A stretch of DNA of 64,000 nucleotides from an uncultured delta proteobacterium (GCA_963815115.1 CAWFFN010000005.1:1152001-1216000); one strand, 5' to 3'; counted from the stretch's first letter, positions 41,624-52,006 are shown. Made by a program: numbers and translations. The notes: generated by a model not told the origin, from the letters alone.

Positions 41624-42637
41624 GTGGAGCGGCTGACCGTCGCCGTCGTCGGGCCCTCGGGGCTCGCGGGCCGGGAGATCCTGCGCTTGCTCGGCGAGCG
41701 CGACGAGCCGCCGGGCGAGCTTCGCCTGCTCGGGTCGTTGCGCACCGCCGGGGCCACGATCGAGGAAGGCGACCTGAAGGCTCCCGTCCACCTGCTCGCT
41801 CCGGGCGTGTTCGACGGCATCGACCTGGCACTCTTCTCCGCCGGACCGACGGTGGCCGGCGAATGGGCGCCGGTGGCGGCGCAGGCGGGCGCTCTGGTGG
41901 TCGACCTGAGCAGCCGCTTCCGGCTCGACGAGACGGTGCCGCTGGTCGTGCCGGAGGTCAACCCGGAGGCGCTCGCGAGCGTCCGGGAGCGCGGGATCGT
42001 CGCCAGCCCGAGCAGCACGGTCGTCGGTCTCACGGTGGTGCTCGCGCCGCTCGCCGCGGCGGTGGGTCTCCGGCGGGTCGTCGTCTCCACCTACGCCGGT
42101 GTCGCGAGCGCCGGTCGCTCCGCCGTCGCGGGCCTGTCCCGCGAGACCATCGAGCTGCTGAACGGCCGCGGGCTCAAGCGCACGCGCTTCGCGCGCCGCA
42201 TGGCCTTCAACTGCCTGCCGCAGCTCGGCGACATCGAGCCCGGCGGCGCGACCACGCACGAGCTGCGCGCGGTGGCCGAGACCCGGCGAGTGCTCGATCA
42301 GCCGGGTCTGCCGCTGGACGTCACCGCCGTGCGCGCGCCGATGTTCTTCGGGCTCGGCCTGAGCGTGCACCTCGAGACCGAGGAGGCGCTCTCCCCAGAC
42401 CAGGCCGTCGAGATCCTGCAAACGGCTCGCGGGGTGCTCGTGCACGCCTCCGACGAGGATGCCTATCCGACCCCCGTCGAGGTCACCGGCTCGGACGCCA
42501 CCCACGTCGGTCGCATCCGGGTGGATCAGTCGACCGAGAACGGCCTGGCGCTCTGGATCGCGCTCGACAACGTCGGCAAGGGCGGCTCGCTCAACGCCGT
42601 GCAGATCGCGGAGCTGCTCGCCCGCGATCACCTGTGA
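41624..42637 (+). CDS. Aspartate-semialdehyde dehydrogenase homologue (USG-1-like, catalytic residues absent)
   Basis: VPLVVPEVN, AFN..P and VGRIR..DN..KG..LNAVQIAE motifs; SPSST replaces NPNCST. Confidence 0.85.
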   Translation: MERLTVAVVGPSGLAGREILRLLGERDEPPGELRLLGSLRTAGATIEEGDLKAPVHLLAPGVFDGIDLALFSAGPTVAGEWAPVAAQAGALVVDLSSRFRLDETVPLVVPEVNPEALASVRERGIVASPSSTVVGLTVVLAPLAAAVGLRRVVVSTYAGVASAGRSAVAGLSRETIELLNGRGLKRTRFARRMAFNCLPQLGDIEPGGATTHELRAVAETRRVLDQPGLPLDVTAVRAPMFFGLGLSVHLETEEALSPDQAVEILQTARGVLVHASDEDAYPTPVEVTGSDATHVGRIRVDQSTENGLALWIALDNVGKGGSLNAVQIAELLARDHL

Positions 42638-42665
42638 CGCTCCTGGCGTCGCCGCGGGGCCGGGC

Positions 42666-43406
42666 GTGCAGCTGCGCCTGACCGTCGAGTACGAGGGAAC
42701 GCGCTTCCTCGGGTGGCAGCTCCAGCCCGGCGGTCCGACCGTGCAGGGGGAGCTCGAACGCGCACTCGCCGTCGTGCTGCGGGAGCCGGTGCGCGTGCGT
42801 GGCGCGGGGCGGACCGACGCGGGCGTCCACGCGCGCGGCCAGGTCGCGGCGGCGCGCGTGTCCGCGCCGCCCGCCGACCCGGGCCGCCTGCTCCGCAGCC
42901 TGAACGCGCTCCTTCCGGACGACGTCGCGGTGCGTGACGTCGCGCTGGTGGACGACGGGTTCAACCCCCGCCGCGATGCCCGCAGCCGCGTGTACGAGTA
43001 TCGCATCCTCGCCTCGCCGGCCCAGTCGCCGTTCTGGCGGCGCTGGTCGTGGCACGTGCCGCGCCCGCTCGACGTGGGCGCCATGGCGGCGGCGGCGCTC
43101 GCGCTGGTCGGGGAGCACGATTGCGCCGCCTTTCGCGGTGCCGACGCCAAGGAGACCCCGCGTTCGACGGTGCGGCGGATCTTCGAGAGCACGGTGCGCG
43201 CGGACCCTCCTCTGCTGGTCTATCGCGTCGAGGCGACGGCCTTCCTGAAGCACATGGTGCGCAACGTGGTCGGCACGCTGGTCGAGGTCGGTCTCGGCGA
43301 ACGTGCGACCGGCTGCATGGCCGAGCTGCTCGCCGGCCGCGACCGCACGCGCGCCGGGGCGACGGCCCCGGCGCGCGGACTCACCCTGGTCGAGGTGCGG
43401 TACTAG
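42666..43406 (+). CDS. truA: tRNA pseudouridine(38-40) synthase
   Basis: YEGTRFLGWQ, GRTDAGVHA and FLKHMVRN motifs. Confidence 0.96.
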   Translation: MQLRLTVEYEGTRFLGWQLQPGGPTVQGELERALAVVLREPVRVRGAGRTDAGVHARGQVAAARVSAPPADPGRLLRSLNALLPDDVAVRDVALVDDGFNPRRDARSRVYEYRILASPAQSPFWRRWSWHVPRPLDVGAMAAAALALVGEHDCAAFRGADAKETPRSTVRRIFESTVRADPPLLVYRVEATAFLKHMVRNVVGTLVEVGLGERATGCMAELLAGRDRTRAGATAPARGLTLVEVRY

Positions 43407-43466
43407 CCCCGAGCCACCCCCAAGCGCTCTTTCTTCCCGCTTGCGGTCCTGCTAACGCCGCCGCCG

Positions 43467-44372
43467 GTGGCGGGACGGCGTCGCACGTGGATGGTCGGGA
43501 GCGCGGCCCTGGTGCTCGCGGCATGGCCGGTCTGGTGGTTCATCGGGGTGCTCGCGGGTACGCCGCCGCCGGTCGTGCTGATCGGGGTCGCGGCCGCGGT
43601 GGCCTGGACCGTGGTCGTTCGCGTGCTCGATCGTCGCAGGCGTGAGCCGCTGCGCGTCACCCTGGCGACGTTCTTCTGGGGGGCGATCATGGCGGCGTGC
43701 GCGTCGGTCCAGTTGAACGACGCTCTCCTCGCGTGGACGGGTACGAGCGGGGCCGCGGCGCAGCATCCCGATCTCGTGCCGGTGCTGCTCGCCCCCGTGG
43801 TGGAGGAAGGCGCCAAGGCTGCGGCGCTCGTCCTGGTACTCGTGCTCGCCCGCGAGGAGGTGCACGGGGCGCTCGACGGCATGGTTTACGGCGCGCTCGT
43901 CGGCATCGGCTTCGCGATGACCGAGAACTTCTCGTACCTCACCCTGGCCGCGCTCCAGGGCGGCCCCGCCGGGCTGCTGCGGGGCATCTACCTGCGCGGG
44001 CTGCTCGGCGGCCCGGTGCACGCGACCTTCACCGCGATCGCGGGCGCGGCGCTCGTGGGATCGCGCGCTTTTCGCCGTGCGGGTGTGCGCTTCACGGTCG
44101 CGCTGGCGGGGCTGCTTGCCGCGATCGGCGAGCACGTCGTCTGGAACGGCATCGCATCCCGGACCCTGACCGGCGTGCTGTGCGGGCCGCAGTACCCCGG
44201 AGCGTGCCGGCCAGCGCCGGACACCAGGGCGCTGCTCGTTCAGGCGCCGCTGGTCGTGGCGCTGTTCCTCGGACCGGGCGTCCTCATGCTGCTCGCGATC
44301 GGTCGCCTGGCGGCCCGGCGCCGGGCGGTGTCCGGTCCGCCCGTTCCGGACGCCGGCTCCAGAAGTAGTTGA
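43467..44372 (+). CDS. PrsW family intramembrane metalloprotease
   Basis: PVVEEGAK, GFAMTEN, HATFT and H..WN motifs. Confidence 0.88.
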   Translation: MAGRRRTWMVGSAALVLAAWPVWWFIGVLAGTPPPVVLIGVAAAVAWTVVVRVLDRRRREPLRVTLATFFWGAIMAACASVQLNDALLAWTGTSGAAAQHPDLVPVLLAPVVEEGAKAAALVLVLVLAREEVHGALDGMVYGALVGIGFAMTENFSYLTLAALQGGPAGLLRGIYLRGLLGGPVHATFTAIAGAALVGSRAFRRAGVRFTVALAGLLAAIGEHVVWNGIASRTLTGVLCGPQYPGACRPAPDTRALLVQAPLVVALFLGPGVLMLLAIGRLAARRRAVSGPPVPDAGSRSS

Positions 44373-45492
44373 AGATGTCGTTCACGCCGTAGCCCGGACG
44401 GAAGGTCTCGGGAGTGCCGCCCCCGCCCAGGTGCTGCTGCCAGCGCTCCCAGATGACGGTCTGCGGGCAGTCGAAGCAGATCGAGCGTGCCGCCGCTCCG
44501 CCGCCGTCGCGCGCGCGGTAGAGGCTACGCGCCTGGCGGAACCGCGGCCCGTTCCAGGCCTCGCGGAAGCTGGCCGTGCCCACCTCGTCGGGCGTCACGG
44601 CGATGTGTCCCATGTCGTCCTCGCGGTAGAAGCTTCCGCAGCACGGGGCGACACCGCCGTCGTTGTTCACCACCGCGTACGACCAGAGGTAGACGCAGGG
44701 AAACGGCTTCGGCTCGCCGTAGTAGACATAGCGCCCGTCCGGATCCCACTCGTCTCCGACCACCCATCCCTTCTCGACCACGAAGGTCATGTCGAGCTCC
44801 CGCGCCATGGCGCGGGCGAGCTCCACGTCCTCCACGTTGTGCGGGAAGACGTGGAACGACCAGTTCATCGCCGGGGTCTTCGAGCGCAGCTTCCGCTTCG
44901 CCTCCAGGACCAGCCGGCAGTTGCGCAGCACCGTCGCGAGATCGCCGCCCACGCGGTAGCGCTCGTAAGAGTCCTGACGCGCGCCGTCGATGGAGACGCC
45001 GAGGACGGTGAGCCCCGAGCGCACGAGGCGCTCGGCGCGCGCGGCGTCGAACGGCACGCTGAAGTTGGTACTGATGAGGGTCGAGATGCCGCGCGCCGAC
45101 GCCGCCTCGATCATCGGAACGACGTGGCGGCCGAGCAGCGGCTCTCCCCAGTTGCACAGCTCGATCCGCCACAGCGTGGACCCGAGCTCGTCGAGCAGCT
45201 TGTGGTAGAGCTCGAGGGACATGTGGCTGCGCGCGCGCCCGACCTGGCCGTCGCCGGTGAAGCAGGCGGGACAGCCGAGATTACAGATGTTCGTCGCTTC
45301 GAGGATCAGCTTGATGGGCAGGCTGCGCAGCTCGGCGCGCAGCGCGCGATGCTCCCAGCGTGCGCGCCACAGGTTGGCGAGGCGCCGCGGCGTGACGCGG
45401 GTGCCCTCGAACCCCGGATGCTGCAGCAGCCCGCGCGCCGTCCGCGTGACGTAGCGGAGCCGCGCGACGAGCCGGTCGGCGCCGAGGGGCAT
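44284..45492 (-). CDS. Radical SAM/SPASM domain protein
   Basis: CNLGCPAC, WGEPLL, and a C-terminal C...G.V.PCC...C..C twitch/SPASM pattern. Confidence 0.9.
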   Translation of the reverse strand: MPLGADRLVARLRYVTRTARGLLQHPGFEGTRVTPRRLANLWRARWEHRALRAELRSLPIKLILEATNICNLGCPACFTGDGQVGRARSHMSLELYHKLLDELGSTLWRIELCNWGEPLLGRHVVPMIEAASARGISTLISTNFSVPFDAARAERLVRSGLTVLGVSIDGARQDSYERYRVGGDLATVLRNCRLVLEAKRKLRSKTPAMNWSFHVFPHNVEDVELARAMARELDMTFVVEKGWVVGDEWDPDGRYVYYGEPKPFPCVYLWSYAVVNNDGGVAPCCGSFYREDDMGHIAVTPDEVGTASFREAWNGPRFRQARSLYRARDGGGAAARSICFDCPQTVIWERWQQHLGGGGTPETFRPGYGVNDIFNYFWSRRPERADRTPPGAGPPGDRSRAA

Positions 45493-45524
45493 GCGTGCAC
45501 GGTATGCGGGCCCGAGGACGCCCG

Positions 45525-46862
45525 TCAATCACCTCGCCGCTTGCGCCATGCGAGGAGGCGCTCGCCGATCTCGCGCTCGTGGCCGCGGTCGGTGGGCTCG
45601 TAGTAGCGCCGGCCGCGGAGCGCGTCGGGCAGGTAGTCCTGCGCCACGACGGCGTCGGCATGGTCGTGCGGATACTCGTAGCCCGCGCCGTATCCGAGAC
45701 CCTTCATGAGCGGCGTCGGCGCATTGCGGAGGTGAAGCGGGACGGGGAGGGGGCCCGTGCTGCGCACGTCCTCGGTGGCCGCGATCATGGCGCGCGTGGC
45801 GGCGTTCGACTTCGGACAGGTCGCGAGGTAGGTCGCCGCCTGCGCGAGCGGCAGGCGACCTTCCGGCAGCCCGACGAAGTGTACCGCGTCCTTCGCGGCC
45901 ACCGCGACCGCGAGCGCCTGGGGCTCGGCGTTGCCGACGTCCTCGGCGGCGAAGATCACCATGCGGCGCGCGACGAACAGCGCATCCTCGCCCGCCTCGA
46001 GCATGCGCATCAGCCAGTAGACGGCGGCGTCCGGGTCGCCGCCCCGCATGCTCTTGATGAACGCGGAGATGACGTTGTAGTGCTCCTCGCCGCCCTTGTC
46101 GTAGCGCAGCGCGCGTTGCTGCGCGGCCTCCTCGAGCAGCGGGAGGTCGAGCGCCTGGGTCCGGCGCGCGCGCGCCAGGTGGCCGGCGAGCTCGAGGGTG
46201 CCGAGCGCGACGCGCGCGTCGCCCTGCGCGTGCGCCAGCAGGAACGTACGCGCCTCGGGGGAGAGCGCGAGGTGCGCCTTGCCGAGCCCGCGCTCGGGAT
46301 CGGCCAGCGCCCGGTCGACCAGCATGCCGATGTCCTCGGCGTCGAGCGGCTCGAGCACGAGCACGCGCGTCCGCGACAGGAGCGCGGGGATCACCTCGAA
46401 GGACGGGTTCTCGGTGGTCGCGCCGACGAGGACCACCGTCCCGCGCTCGACGTGCGGCAGGAAGGCGTCCTGCTGCGCCTTGTTCAGGCGGTGGATCTCG
46501 TCGACGAAGAGGAGCGTCGGGCGGCCGCTGCGGGCGAGCTCGTCGGCGGCGTCGGCCACGATCTGGCGCAGCTCCTTGACGCCGTGGAGCACGGCGGAGA
46601 ACGTGACGGTGGGAACGTTGCTCGCCTCGCCCAGGAGCTGCGCGAGGGTGGTCTTGCCCGATCCCGGCGGCCCCCACAGGATCAGCGACTCGAGCCGGCC
46701 GCTGGCGAGGAGATCGCGCAGCACGCGACCCGGGCCGAGCAGGTGGCGCTGCCCGACGAACTCGTCGACGCTCCGCGGCCGCATGCGTTCCGGCAGCGGC
46801 GCGCGGCCCCTCGCCGTCGGCGTCGCCGCCTTGCGCGGGAACAGCTCCGGCTGCCGCGGCAT
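45525..46862 (-). CDS. rarA: Replication-associated recombination protein A
   Basis: PL.ERMRP, WGPPGSGKTT, DEIHR, ATTENPSFE and SAFIKSMRG motifs. Confidence 0.95.
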   Translation of the reverse strand: MPRQPELFPRKAATPTARGRAPLPERMRPRSVDEFVGQRHLLGPGRVLRDLLASGRLESLILWGPPGSGKTTLAQLLGEASNVPTVTFSAVLHGVKELRQIVADAADELARSGRPTLLFVDEIHRLNKAQQDAFLPHVERGTVVLVGATTENPSFEVIPALLSRTRVLVLEPLDAEDIGMLVDRALADPERGLGKAHLALSPEARTFLLAHAQGDARVALGTLELAGHLARARRTQALDLPLLEEAAQQRALRYDKGGEEHYNVISAFIKSMRGGDPDAAVYWLMRMLEAGEDALFVARRMVIFAAEDVGNAEPQALAVAVAAKDAVHFVGLPEGRLPLAQAATYLATCPKSNAATRAMIAATEDVRSTGPLPVPLHLRNAPTPLMKGLGYGAGYEYPHDHADAVVAQDYLPDALRGRRYYEPTDRGHEREIGERLLAWRKRRGD

Positions 46863-46943
46863 GCACGGCGAGGCTACCACACGCCTCTCGGACTGGAACA
46901 GCCGCGGACGCCATGGTACGACGGCGCGGCGGCGAAGGTGGTG

Positions 46944-47834
46944 ATGGGGCGCATCCGCACGGTCGGCCTGGTGGTCAAGCGCAACCGGCCCCGTGCCACG
47001 CGGCTCGCGCGTCGCATGGTCGCCGCGCTTCGCCGCCGTCGTGTGAGCGTGCTCGCGGACGTCACGTCGCCGCTCGCCGGCGTGCCGTCGCGACCCACCG
47101 GCTCGCTCGCCCGCGAGGCGGATCTCCTGGTCGTGCTCGGGGGCGACGGCACGCTGCTGGCGGTGGCACGGCGCGCCGGTCCCCGCGTGCCGATCCTCGG
47201 CGTCAACATGGGCGAGCTCGGCTTCATCACCGAGGTGGCCGAGGGCGAGGCGCTGGTGATGCTGCGGCGCGTGCTCGACGGCCGCTACGAGGTCGACCGC
47301 CGCATGACGCTCAGCGCCGTGCTCGAGCGCGGTGGCCGCGTGCAGCACCGCTTCCGGGCGCTCAACGACGTGGTCGTGTCGAACGGCGCGCTGGCGCGCA
47401 TCGTGCGCTGTGCCGTGACCGTCGACGACCACCCGTTCACCACCTATCGCGCCGACGGGCTCATCGTCGCCACGCCGACCGGGTCCACCGCGTACTCGCT
47501 CTCGGTCGGCGGCCCCATCGTCGAGCCGACCCTGGAGATGCTGCTGGTGTCGCCGATCTCGCCGCACACGCTGTCCAACCGCCCGGTCGTGCTCCGGCCC
47601 GAGTCGGTGGTGCGGATCACGATCGAGCCCGGCCAGCAGGATGCGATCCTCACGGTGGACGGTCAGGAGGGCACGCCGCTGGCGGGCGGCGACGTGGTCG
47701 TGGTGCGCCGCGGCCGCGAGCCGGTGTTGCTGGTGCACTCACCGGATCGGACGCACTACGACGTGCTGCGCTCGAAGCTCGGGTGGGGGGCGCTCCAGGG
47801 AGGTGGGCATGCTGCGCGCGCTGCGCGTCTCTGA
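46944..47834 (+). CDS. nadK: NAD+ kinase
   Basis: GGDGT, LND and ATPTGSTAYSLS.GGP motifs. Confidence 0.95.
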   Translation: MGRIRTVGLVVKRNRPRATRLARRMVAALRRRRVSVLADVTSPLAGVPSRPTGSLAREADLLVVLGGDGTLLAVARRAGPRVPILGVNMGELGFITEVAEGEALVMLRRVLDGRYEVDRRMTLSAVLERGGRVQHRFRALNDVVVSNGALARIVRCAVTVDDHPFTTYRADGLIVATPTGSTAYSLSVGGPIVEPTLEMLLVSPISPHTLSNRPVVLRPESVVRITIEPGQQDAILTVDGQEGTPLAGGDVVVVRRGREPVLLVHSPDRTHYDVLRSKLGWGALQGGGHAARAARL

Positions 47835-49500
47835 CCTCGCCATCATCGACGAGATCGAGCTCGTGCTCGAGCCGGGATTCAACGTCATCACCGGCGAGAC
47901 CGGCGCGGGGAAGTCCATCCTCCTGCAGGCCCTCGACATCGCGCTTGGCGGCCGGCCCGACGCCGACCTCGTGCGCACGGGCGCCGAGGAGGCCGTCGTC
48001 GAGGCGCTCTTCGTGGACGTCTCCCCCGCGGTGGTCGAGCTGGTGACGGCGGCCGGCATCCGGTGTGATGCGGGGCCGGAGCTGCTCGTGCGTCGCGTGA
48101 TCGGCCGCGGGGGACGGACGCGCGCCCACGTCAACGGCGCGCTCGGCTCGCTCGCGCTGCTGCGCGAGCTGGCGCAGCATCTCCTGCGTGTCTACGGACA
48201 GGACGAGCACCAGGCGCTCCGCCGCGTCGAGAGTCACCGCGAGCTGCTCGACGCCGCCGGATCGCTCGCCGCCGAGGTGGAGGAGATGCGGGCGCGCTTC
48301 ACGTGCCTCGCGGGCGCGCGCCAGGCGCTCGATGGGCGCCGCGAGGCGCAGCGCGCGGCGCGGGAGCGGCTGGACCTGATCCGCTTCCAGCGCGAGGAGC
48401 TGGAGCGGGCGGCGCTGGTACCCGGTGAAGAGCCCGAGCTCCTGACCGAGCGGACGCGCCTGGCGCACGCCGAGCGCCTGGGCTCGCTGGCGGGGACGGC
48501 GGAGGCGGCCACGTACTCGGGCGAGGCGTCGGCGGTCGACACGCTGGGGCGCGCGCTCGGCTCGCTGCGCGAGGCCGAGCGCCTCGATCCGGGGCTTGCC
48601 CCGATGCGCACGCTCGTCGAGACCGCGCTCGCGGAGCTCGAGGAGGCGGGCGGCCAGCTCGGACGCTATCTGCGGGGCCTCGCGCCCGACCCCGCGCGCC
48701 TCGAGGCGGTGGAGCGGCGGCTCGCCGACCTCACCCGCTTGCAGAAGAAGTATGCCGGCACGATCGAGGAGCTGATCCGCAAGCGCGACGACCTCGAGCA
48801 GGAGCTCGCGATGGCCGAGGACGGCGAGCGGGGAATCGCCGCGCTCGCCACGGCCGCCGAGGACGCCGAGCGGCGGGCGAGCGAATGGGCGGCGCGGGTC
48901 GGCGCCGCTCGCCGCCGCGCTGCCGGTCGCCTCGAGCGGTCGATGGCGATGGAGCTGCGCCAGCTCGCGCTCGAGGGCGCGCGCTTCACGGTCCGCTTCG
49001 CGGAGAATGACGGCGTCACGCTCGGGCCGTCCGGTGCGGACGAGCTCGAGTTCTTCCTCGCGGCCAATCCGGGGGAAGACCCGCGGCCGCTGGCGCGCGT
49101 CGCCTCGGGTGGCGAGCTGTCGCGTATCATGCTGGCGCTCAAGACCCTCATGGCGGGCGAGCGCGACGGCGCGACGCTGATCTTCGACGAGGTCGACACG
49201 GGAATCGGCGGCCGGGTGGCGGAGGTGGTGGGATGGAAGCTCCGCGAGCTCGGCCGGCGGCGCCAGGTGCTCACGGTGACCCACCTGCCGGTCATCGCGG
49301 CCTTCGCCGAGCATCACGTCGCGGTCGTGAAGCGCACCGTCCGCGGCCGGACCGTGTCCACGGCGAACCCGCTGTCGGACGACGCGCGGGTGGCGGAGCT
49401 GGCCCGCATGCTCGGCGGGGCGCGTCGCACGCGCGAAGCGCGGGAGCACGCCGAAGAGCTGCTGCGCGCAGGTCGCGGAGGGCGGCGTCCCGCGGCGTAA
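47809..49500 (+). CDS. recN: DNA repair protein RecN
   Basis: TGETGAGKS, ASGGELSR, FDEVD and VTHLP motifs. Confidence 0.96.
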   Translation: MLRALRVSDLAIIDEIELVLEPGFNVITGETGAGKSILLQALDIALGGRPDADLVRTGAEEAVVEALFVDVSPAVVELVTAAGIRCDAGPELLVRRVIGRGGRTRAHVNGALGSLALLRELAQHLLRVYGQDEHQALRRVESHRELLDAAGSLAAEVEEMRARFTCLAGARQALDGRREAQRAARERLDLIRFQREELERAALVPGEEPELLTERTRLAHAERLGSLAGTAEAATYSGEASAVDTLGRALGSLREAERLDPGLAPMRTLVETALAELEEAGGQLGRYLRGLAPDPARLEAVERRLADLTRLQKKYAGTIEELIRKRDDLEQELAMAEDGERGIAALATAAEDAERRASEWAARVGAARRRAAGRLERSMAMELRQLALEGARFTVRFAENDGVTLGPSGADELEFFLAANPGEDPRPLARVASGGELSRIMLALKTLMAGERDGATLIFDEVDTGIGGRVAEVVGWKLRELGRRRQVLTVTHLPVIAAFAEHHVAVVKRTVRGRTVSTANPLSDDARVAELARMLGGARRTREAREHAEELLRAGRGGRRPAA

Positions 49501-49593
49501 TCTGCTGTATCTCCGCATCTATGGCGTCATGTCTTGACACCATGGGATCGGTTCGATAGCCCAAGCGGACCCCACTCACCCCCGGAGGTATCG

Positions 49594-50511
49594 ATGCGCC
49601 AAGCGGAAACTCTCGTCCGCCGGCTGCGCTCGAGTCGGCTCTTGGCGCTTCTCACCGGCCTGGGCTTGCTCATCGCATGCGCGGTCCAGCTCAAGACGAC
49701 GCACGCGCGCCTGCGCGAAGCGAGGAAGGAGCTCGACTGGACACGCGCACGGCTGGACGAGAAACGCGACATGGTGCGCCGCCAGCAGAACGAGCTGGCG
49801 CAGCTCGCCGCCGGAGTCGCGCGCGCGACGCGCGTCGGAACCGACGCGCGCGAGCACGCCGCCCGGCTCCGCCGCCTGGCGCGCCTCGAGGAGAGTCGCG
49901 AGCCCGAGACGTCGCCGGTCGAGCAGATCGCGGTGCTCGACTCGGGACAGCCCCTGGTGTCGGAGACGACGGCGCAGGCCCTCGAGCAGCTCGCGTTGCT
50001 CGAAGGGCAGACCGTCGCCGTCCACGATTCCGTCGTGCTGCTGAGCGCGCTGGTCGAGCACGGAGCGCCGGGCGACGGGACGCCGCCGTGGCTCTGGCCG
50101 GTGTCGGGACCGATCACCTCGGAGTTCGGCAGCCGCGGCTCGCCCTACGGCGGAGGCTGGGAGTTCCATCCCGGACTCGACATCCGTGCGGCGGCCGGCA
50201 CGCCGGTGGCGGCGACGGGCGCCGGCACGGTGATGTTCGCCGGCTGGATGAACGGCTACGGCAACATGGTGGTGGTCGATCACGGCTTCGACCTGAAGAC
50301 CGTGTACGGGCATCTCTCCGCCGTCTACGCCGACGTCGGGCACCAGGTGCGCGAGGGCCAGATCATCGGCGCGGTCGGGCAGACGGGCCGCGCGACCGGC
50401 CCGCACCTCCACTACGAGGTGCGCGTCGGCACCGCGCCGGTCGATCCCATGTGCTATCTCGCCGGCGGCGGCCGCACCGCGCGCCCGCTGACGTTGACCA
50501 CGCAGGGGTAG
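49594..50511 (+). CDS. M23 family metallopeptidase
   Basis: N-terminal TM and coiled coil; HPGLD, YGHLS and TGPHLHYE motifs. Confidence 0.92.
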   Translation: MRQAETLVRRLRSSRLLALLTGLGLLIACAVQLKTTHARLREARKELDWTRARLDEKRDMVRRQQNELAQLAAGVARATRVGTDAREHAARLRRLARLEESREPETSPVEQIAVLDSGQPLVSETTAQALEQLALLEGQTVAVHDSVVLLSALVEHGAPGDGTPPWLWPVSGPITSEFGSRGSPYGGGWEFHPGLDIRAAAGTPVAATGAGTVMFAGWMNGYGNMVVVDHGFDLKTVYGHLSAVYADVGHQVREGQIIGAVGQTGRATGPHLHYEVRVGTAPVDPMCYLAGGGRTARPLTLTTQG

Positions 50512-50551
50512 CCGGCTATAGGGGCGGCCGGCGCGCCGAACCCGCCGTTGT

Positions 50552-50624
<73 letters not shown>

Positions 50625-50654
50625 TTCCTACCATTCCGCATGATTAGCACTCGC

Positions 50655-51833
50655 TCAGCTCAACGACGGCGCCGGCGCGGGCCTTGAATTTCTGACGTCC
50701 TGGGGCGGTTCTGGGGCGGTTTGCCCAAAGTCGCCCTTGATGACGTTCTCCTTGCGCCCCCGGTAGTCACTCGCCTTCTTCCCGGCGCGGCGGAGGTCGT
50801 CCAAATTAACGATGTGGTAGCGGCGGAGCATCGACTCGGTGCGGTGCCCCGACCACAGCATGACGGTATGCGGGTCGACGCCGGCGTCGATGTAGTGCTT
50901 GACGCCTGAGCGCCGCAGGTCGTGCGGGATGCGCCCGGCCATGCCGATCGCGGCGCAGGCGCGGTCCCAGACCTTCTGGAAATCCCCGAGACACGGCCGA
51001 CGACTACCGTCCCGGTCGAAACGAGGAGCGCCGCAGGTTCGGGCGTGGAAGATGAATGGGCAGGTCGGGCGGCGCTGCGCCTGCTGTCGCTCGATGACGG
51101 CCATCAGCTCGGGCGTGTGCTCGGGGTCGACGGGAATCTGCATCTCGCGCTTGGTCTTGTTGAGTTCCCGGCGGAGGGTGAGCGCCTGATCCACCTCGGA
51201 GTAGTCCCGCCATTCAAGTCGTCGGGCCGCTCCCACTCGCCACGGGCAGAAGAACAGGAACAGGACCACGGCGGCGATGTGCGACGGCAGGTGCTGGCAC
51301 AGCCGCTCGACGGCTGCGCGGCGGAAGAAGCCCTTGCGGACTCTGCTCTCGTCATCAGCCGGTTTCTGGATGTAAGGCCGCGACCGAGGTGAGAGTCGCT
51401 TCTTCTCCACTGCGAGCCGGCACCCGCGGTCGAGGAGCGCCAGTTCGATGCGGATGCTGGCGTCCGCTGCTCCCTGCTCGCGGCGGTGCGTGACGTACTC
51501 CTCGATGCGAGCCCCGAGGGTCACCACTTTGGCCCGGTTCCCGAAGTAGTGGACGAGGTGTCGGAAGGAACAGCGCATGGTCGGGAGAGAGCGGTTCTTC
51601 TTGAATCGGTAGTTGTCGACGAGCAACTTCTCGATGTCCCGCAGCGCGAGGCGCTCCTCGTGGGGTACAGCGTCTCCGCACTTCACCTTCTCGATCTTCT
51701 TGCGCAGCACCCGCCGCGCGCGTTCCTCGTCTACCTCCTCGGTCGACCCCCGCACGCGCTTGCCGTCCACCCAGAACACGTAGTGGTAGAATCGACTCCC
51801 TGGTTTCAAGAACACGTCGCCGTCACCTCTCAT
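50655..51833 (-). CDS. Tyrosine recombinase/integrase
   Basis: WR, HDLRRS, SGHRT and RRY catalytic motifs; N-terminal arm-like YHYVFWVDGKRVRGST; converges on the tRNA-Ala 3' end. Confidence 0.93.
   Translation of the reverse strand: MRGDGDVFLKPGSRFYHYVFWVDGKRVRGSTEEVDEERARRVLRKKIEKVKCGDAVPHEERLALRDIEKLLVDNYRFKKNRSLPTMRCSFRHLVHYFGNRAKVVTLGARIEEYVTHRREQGAADASIRIELALLDRGCRLAVEKKRLSPRSRPYIQKPADDESRVRKGFFRRAAVERLCQHLPSHIAAVVLFLFFCPWRVGAARRLEWRDYSEVDQALTLRRELNKTKREMQIPVDPEHTPELMAVIERQQAQRRPTCPFIFHARTCGAPRFDRDGSRRPCLGDFQKVWDRACAAIGMAGRIPHDLRRSGVKHYIDAGVDPHTVMLWSGHRTESMLRRYHIVNLDDLRRAGKKASDYRGRKENVIKGDFGQTAPEPPQDVRNSRPAPAPSLS
50700..50721. repeat. 11-bp tandem direct repeat, putative integrase arm sites
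   Basis: CTGGGGCGGTT x2, about 75 bp from the tRNA 3' end. Confidence 0.5.
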
Positions 51834-52006
51834 GTCTCCTCCTTGCGGGTGAGCACGACGCGGAGCCCTTCCTCGACGAGCGCCTTGAACGAGGTCTGCC
51901 GCTGGATGGCGGCAATCTTCGCGCGCTTTATCAACTCGACCGGGAGCGTGACCGTCGTGGTCATGTCCCTGCCGCGCCGTTTCTTGACCCGCCGTTTGTG
52001 GGGCAT
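51830..52006 (-). CDS. Small ribbon-helix-helix regulator (58 aa; absent from ORF track)
   Basis: MPHKRRVKKRRGRDMTTTVTLPVELIKRAKIAAIQRQTSFKALVEEGLRVVL...*; ATGA-coupled to the integrase. Confidence 0.75.
   Translation of the reverse strand: MPHKRRVKKRRGRDMTTTVTLPVELIKRAKIAAIQRQTSFKALVEEGLRVVLTRKEET

Noticed and set aside
45495-47738. Apparent long extensions of rarA (737 aa) and nadK (779 aa)
   Set aside because: Each extension is the antisense of the other, divergently transcribed gene; the real starts are 46862 and 46944.
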